A stretch of DNA of 64,000 nucleotides, taken from Nemertoderma westbladi (taxonomy: Eukaryota; Animalia; Xenacoelomorpha). A program made the translations under genes and the position numbers. Shown here piece after piece: positions 59,136 through 64,000 of the stretch. Below the pieces are notes generated by a model. The model worked only from the letters and a program-made list of their open reading frames with translations. It made no database searches and had not been told where the DNA came from. Where the stretch lies: contig JAUCBJ010008622.1 of the NCBI GenBank assembly GCA_032718475.1, forward strand, positions 62,001 through 126,000. The letters run 5' to 3'. Within the stretch, counting starts at the first letter, position 1; every line of letters starts with the position of its first letter.

Positions 59136-60415
59136 AACAATTACACGAAGTGGGGCCTTCACGCAGCACGTGAAATGAGTTAATGCTAAGTATCAACTCG
59201 AAAGGATTATAAAAACATAGGAGAAGATTTTCCCGGAAAACGTTAACCCTCTAGCGGGAGACTGGGTAACTGAAGAAGGAAGGATTAGTTTCCCTACAAA
59301 GCCACAGCCTATGGTCTATTACATATCTACCAAGTTTCCGATTTACGGATCATAAATAACGAAATGTTGGAAGGTTTTCACTTTCATACATTTAGCCCTC
59401 TAGCAGCATATTAAAGAACTACGGATCGATCACCTTCCTCACAAAGACGAGGCATGTGGTCTAGTACATACTGGTACTGTATATTCCAAAATTCAGCTTA
59501 AATAGATTAAGATCAAGGAATTCGCGAAGGTTATCACTTTCCTACATTTCGCCCTCTAGCGGCAGACTCGAAAACTCCGGACCGATTACTGTCCACACAA
59601 AGACTTAGGATGTCTTCTAGTACATATATGACAAGTTTCAGCGTAATCAGATCATAAACAACTAAATGGAAGAATAATTTCACATTCGGGACATTTCGCC
59701 CTCTAGCGGCAGACTGGAGAACTGCAGACAGATTAGCCTCCTTTGAAATTTACAGCTAATGGTCTAGTACATACTTCCCAAGTTTCAGCTTAAACGGATT
59801 AAAAGCAAAGAAATGGGTGGCCATTTAATGTTTAGACATGTGGCCCTCTACCGGCAGACTGGAAAACTTCAGACCGATTACAATCCACACAAAGACTCAG
59901 GATGTCATCTAGTACATATATGACAAGTTTCAGCGTAATCAGATCATAAACAACTAAATGGAAGAATAATTTCACATTCGGGACATTTCGCCCTCTAGCG
60001 GCAGACTGGAGAACTGCAGACAGATTAGCCTCCTTTGAAATTTACAGCTAATGGTCTAGTACATACTTCCCAAGTTTCAGCTTAAACGGATTAAAAGCAA
60101 AGAAATGGGTGGCCATTTAATGTTTAGACATGTGGCCCTCTAGCGGGAGACCATTGCACTGATGGTGTCTGAAAGTCTCTCAAAAATCTCAACTTTTGCT
60201 CATATTGATACCTACAAATTTTCAACTTGGCAGCTTTAAATCCGACAAAGTTATTAGCATGTCAAAATCGTAACGACGACGACGACGACAACGACGACGA
60301 CGACGACGACAACGACGACGACGACGACGACGACAACTATTTGCATAAATTGACCCACCCCCTAACAGTGTCAATTCGCTAAGGCTCCGCCAACTTCGTG
60401 GCTCGCCCCACAAAA
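59136..60415. mobile_element. Composite repeat element with ~120-bp internal units (CCCTCTAGCGG) and (ACG)n
   Basis: Ends GTGGGGCCTTCACGCAGCACGT and CTCGCCCCAC are shared with 55041-55684. Contains an exact ~300-bp internal duplication. Confidence 0.55.
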
Positions 60416-60452
60416 ATAATGCCATTTAAATGGAAGTTCAGTCCAAAATTAT

Positions 60453-61418
60453 GGGTGTAAACGTTAAGCAGACAGTGGTGCAGATTGCAGAAACCTGGTG
60501 CGGCCAGTGGTGCAGACACTGGTGCAGACAGTGGTGCAGCGTGCAGACAGTGGTGCAGCGTGCAGACAGTGGTGCAGACACCTGGTGCGGACAGTGGTGC
60601 AGACAGTGGTGCAGACAGTGGTGTAGACAGTGGTGCAGACACTGGTGCAGACAGTGGTGCAGACATTGGTGCAGACAGACGTGCCGACACTGGTGCAGAC
60701 AGTGGTTCAGCCACTTGTGCAGACAGTGGTGCAGACACTTGTGCAGACAGTGGTGCAGACACCTGGTGAAAATACTGAAATACCAGAGTACCACAAAACA
60801 CAATACCACCAGGCACTATTATATTATATTTTATCATAGACTTTATTATCTACAAATATGCGAGTAACTACTGAAAGGTTCTACATGAAGTAGGGAGGAC
60901 GTATGTAGTACAAGCTGACAAGTCGAGGTGCGTGCGGGTGAATGTGCCCTGATTACAAATAATTATAAGAGGTGTGTACGAAAGTAATTAAGTGCAGACT
61001 GCACCAGGTGCCTGCACCACTGTCTGCTCCACTGCCTGCACCAGTGTCTGCACCACTGTCTGCCCCAGTGTCTGCACCCCTGTCTGCACCAGTGTCTGCA
61101 CCACTATCTGCACCACTGTCTGCACCACCGTCTGCACAACTGTCTGCACCACTGACTGCACCACTGTCTGCACCAGTGTCTGACCACTGTATGCACCAGT
61201 GTCTGCAACACTGTCTGCACCAGTGTCTGCAGCACTGTCTGCACCAGGTGTCTGCACCAGTGTCTGCACCACTCTGCACCAGTGCGTGCACCACTGTCTG
61301 CACCAGGTGTCTGCACCACTGTCTGCATCTCTGTCTGCACCACTGTCTGCATCTCTGTCTGCACCACTGTCTGCACCACTGTCTGCTCTGCACCAGTGTC
61401 TGCTTAACGTTTACACTC
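60453..61418. mobile_element. Foldback/Mutator-like element with inverted arms made of 12-bp units GCAGACAGTGGT
   Basis: TIR GTGTAAACGTTAAGCAGACA; candidate 9-bp TSD CAAAATTAT / CAAAATTAA. Confidence 0.75.
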
Positions 61419-61898
61419 CAAAATTAATTAGTACAACCTGACAACGATGGACAGATTGATTAGTCTTACTGTCTTCTGGTCTTAGCTCAATCAGTCAATG
61501 TAATACTTGGAATATTTAGCAAAGTTTGCTCCGGTCTTCTGCAGTATCAATTGCAGAAGCCGAACCGAACCGAAATTGCCAAACTTCGGCCCGAACCGAA
61601 CCGAAGCCGAAGCTTCTGTTGAGCCCTAAGTCTGACAGTGTACAATCATAGCATTTACAATTTTTTACAGTAGGGCCTATCTGTAATAGTCTGCTAGTCA
61701 GCCAGCTGGCCAGTACCAGTACTGCAGTACAGTCAGTCAGTCATTGACTTTAAGTAAATACTGCAGTATTACTGTATTATCAGATTATACTTGATATTGA
61801 AGCTGTACTACAGTACTTATAGTGTTAAATAATTGTTCAGATTAGAATATGCACGAAATATAATACTTTATTAAAAAATTAACTCCGGCAATATTTTT

Positions 61899-62464
61899 AC
61901 CGGAGCCGGAGCAGGAGCCGGAGGTGCCAAAATGGCCGGAGCCGGAGCCGGAGGCCGGAGCTCCGATCGATCCCTAAAAGTTACCTTTGCAGCTCTGTCA
62001 GTCAGGGAGATCATCAATTTTGGGGTTACCCCAAATTTCGAATTCTGGTAATAGACTGTCGAAAATTGGGGTTTTTTGTTCAAATTTGAGGTATTTTTAG
62101 GCTCATAATATCGAGTGTTGCTGCGACTTAGGGAAACTATTGGAGCAACTTCTACTTTTAATATGTTAAAATATAATGTAAAATAAGAACTTTTATCGAT
62201 GCAATAAAATATTTCACCGATGCAAACATGCTTTTATTGGGGGCGAAAATTGAAATTTGAGGTTAAACCTCAAATTTGAGACAAAACCTCAAATTTCGCC
62301 AGCCTTTACAACATCACCAGCCTGTCAGCAGTAGGGTGTTGCAGTAGGCTTTGCTGCTTAGTGCTTATAGAGCTTGGTGAGAATGGGTGACCAGTGTAAC
62401 CTGTGACATGACATGTATGCAGGGTAGGGCTCGATCGGAGCTCCGGCCTCCGGCCTCCGGCTTC
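61899..62464. repeat. Two outward-facing hAT-like termini (...GATCGATCCCTA ending 61976; TAGGGCTCGATCGG... starting 62425) with (CCGGAG)n subterminal motifs
   Basis: The two ends are reverse-complementary and point away from each other. Confidence 0.55.
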
Positions 62465-64000
62465 GTTTGGTCTGTACTTTGTTTGTGTAAGTCTGTACGG
62501 GTAGCGTATAATTTTATTTAGATAATTTGTAGGCTGGATAGTTGTCTGGCTGTTATTAGGTCTGAACGGATTGCCGCGTGTGTAGATCATCTGTCCGATT
62601 AAGTACGGTTAGGCAGTAGGGGCAGCGAACGCTGTAAGGTAAACCCCCAACTAAAGAATAAGTCGCACTACTGGGTTAGAGCGCATACTCCCTAATCATT
62701 TCGGAGTCTGCATATACCGTAGTTTGTTTAGGCTTGATAGTAGTCTGTCAGTGTTCGGTCTGTATTTTGTTTGAGTAGTTTGTACGCGTAGCGTAATATT
62801 TATTATTCAGAGTTTATGCGATTATCCGCAACATTCATTCCCTAAGTTTGTTCCTACAGTAATTGTGTTTGTTATACATACCGCTATAGTTAAATTAACC
62901 CCGGTACTACACGGGCTGCTCGGCGTAGGTAAAGACTGGTGATTTTGTGCATCGGTCACTCCAGCAGATGCCGTGGTTCTTTTAGCTGTTCAAGTATATT
63001 TAACTACTGATTATCTGTTGTACAAGTACTCGTACCTAATTTAGGGTTTAGTGTACAGTACTTTCCGAAGTAATTAGTGTAGGCATTATATTTGTGTTGT
63101 AAAGTGGTTGATAGGCACATTCGATTAGCTCTATTAACTTCTAGGTAGGAACACTCCGTGATACATAACGTAGAACCTATAGCGATACGGCTATAGGTCG
63201 TCAGGCGGTGGTATTTTTCTATCTGGACAACGCAGTGTATTTACTACTACTTATTATTTTCAAATACCGCAGTACCCTGTCCGTTGTAATAACCAGATTT
63301 CTAACCCTTTGATTAGGCTGGTTTGTAGACTTCTTGTAAAATTACCCTGAAAATTCGTATTTTGTGTTTTTTGTAAATTTTTGTGTTTATTTAGAGATTA
63401 TAATCTCACCCGAATTGTACGTAATTTGTAGTATTAAGTTAAGTAACTTAGGTAAATTAGCATTATTTGTTTTAGTGTCCTATAAGTAACACTTCACTGA
63501 AAGCGCACCGCTTTGTGTAGTGATTACTCCCCAGAAATAATAACATTTATTTCAAACATTGACAAAAACCCATTTCAACGGGTATATATATATTATAAAT
63601 CAACTCAAACAATTTATAAATAGTAGGCCTGCCATACAACAATTAGGTCTCAATATCAGTTGGACTACTGCTTAAATAACGGTAATAAAGTAAGTTAAAG
63701 TAACCAAGTAACCCTTAAAATTCAGAAATTCAATTATTTAAAATAATTGATATACCGGTATTTACGATAGGCCTATTATCTTTATTTCTATAAATTTCGG
63801 CTGAAATTATACCAGTACTTGTAATTAATTCTAGCCCAGAATTATATATACTACAAACTGTAAGCTGTATACCGGTATTCCCGATAGGCCTATTATATAT
63901 ATATAAATTTAGGCTGAAATTATACCGGTACTCTGTAATTAATTCTAGTCCAGAATTATACTTATATATACTATACTATAAGTGTAAGCTGTATACCGGT
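62465..64000 (+). mobile_element. Second copy (E4) of the E2 family 5' leader, opposite orientation, LTR missing, runs off the window
   Basis: Reverse complement of about 35400-36900 with scattered substitutions. Confidence 0.9.

Larger units (their letters stand above)
58574..61628. mobile_element. Non-autonomous hAT-like element carrying nested repeats
   Basis: TIR TAGGGTTCAACAGAAG / CTTCTGTTGAGCCCTA with subterminal (CCGAA)n. The 8-bp flanks do not match. Confidence 0.7.

Noticed and set aside
60379-61441. Cys/His-rich or antifreeze-like ORFs
   Set aside because: Translations of a stop-free 12-bp repeat in many frames.

Overview
Eukaryotic, probably invertebrate, DNA made almost entirely of nested transposable elements. 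They appear to sit in the introns of a minus-strand host gene: one fibronectin type II exon followed by two duplicated Thr-rich mucin-like exons. Contents: (i) a three-level LINE/LINE/LINE nest plus a Kolobok-type insertion (1.1-14.9 kb); the outer LINE carries a Ulp1-like protease in ORF1. (ii) Three BEL/Pao LTR elements with LTRs, plus an LTR-less leader copy of one of them. (iii) A piggyBac whose otherwise open transposase is split by one BEL element. (iv) A near-intact APE-RT LINE. (v) A TSD-flanked 412-bp tandem array in which each unit is a tRNA-derived Pol III promoter fused to a type I hammerhead ribozyme (retrozyme-like). (vi) Several MITEs and a foldback element. Best candidate for something undescribed: all three BEL/Pao elements lack a tRNA primer-binding site. 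Instead, the 9-12 nt directly after the 5' LTR are complementary to a segment inside their own LTR, with a different sequence in each element. This is the geometry of Tf1-type self-primed reverse transcription, which I do not know to be described for BEL/Pao. All coordinates were read by eye; no searches were run.
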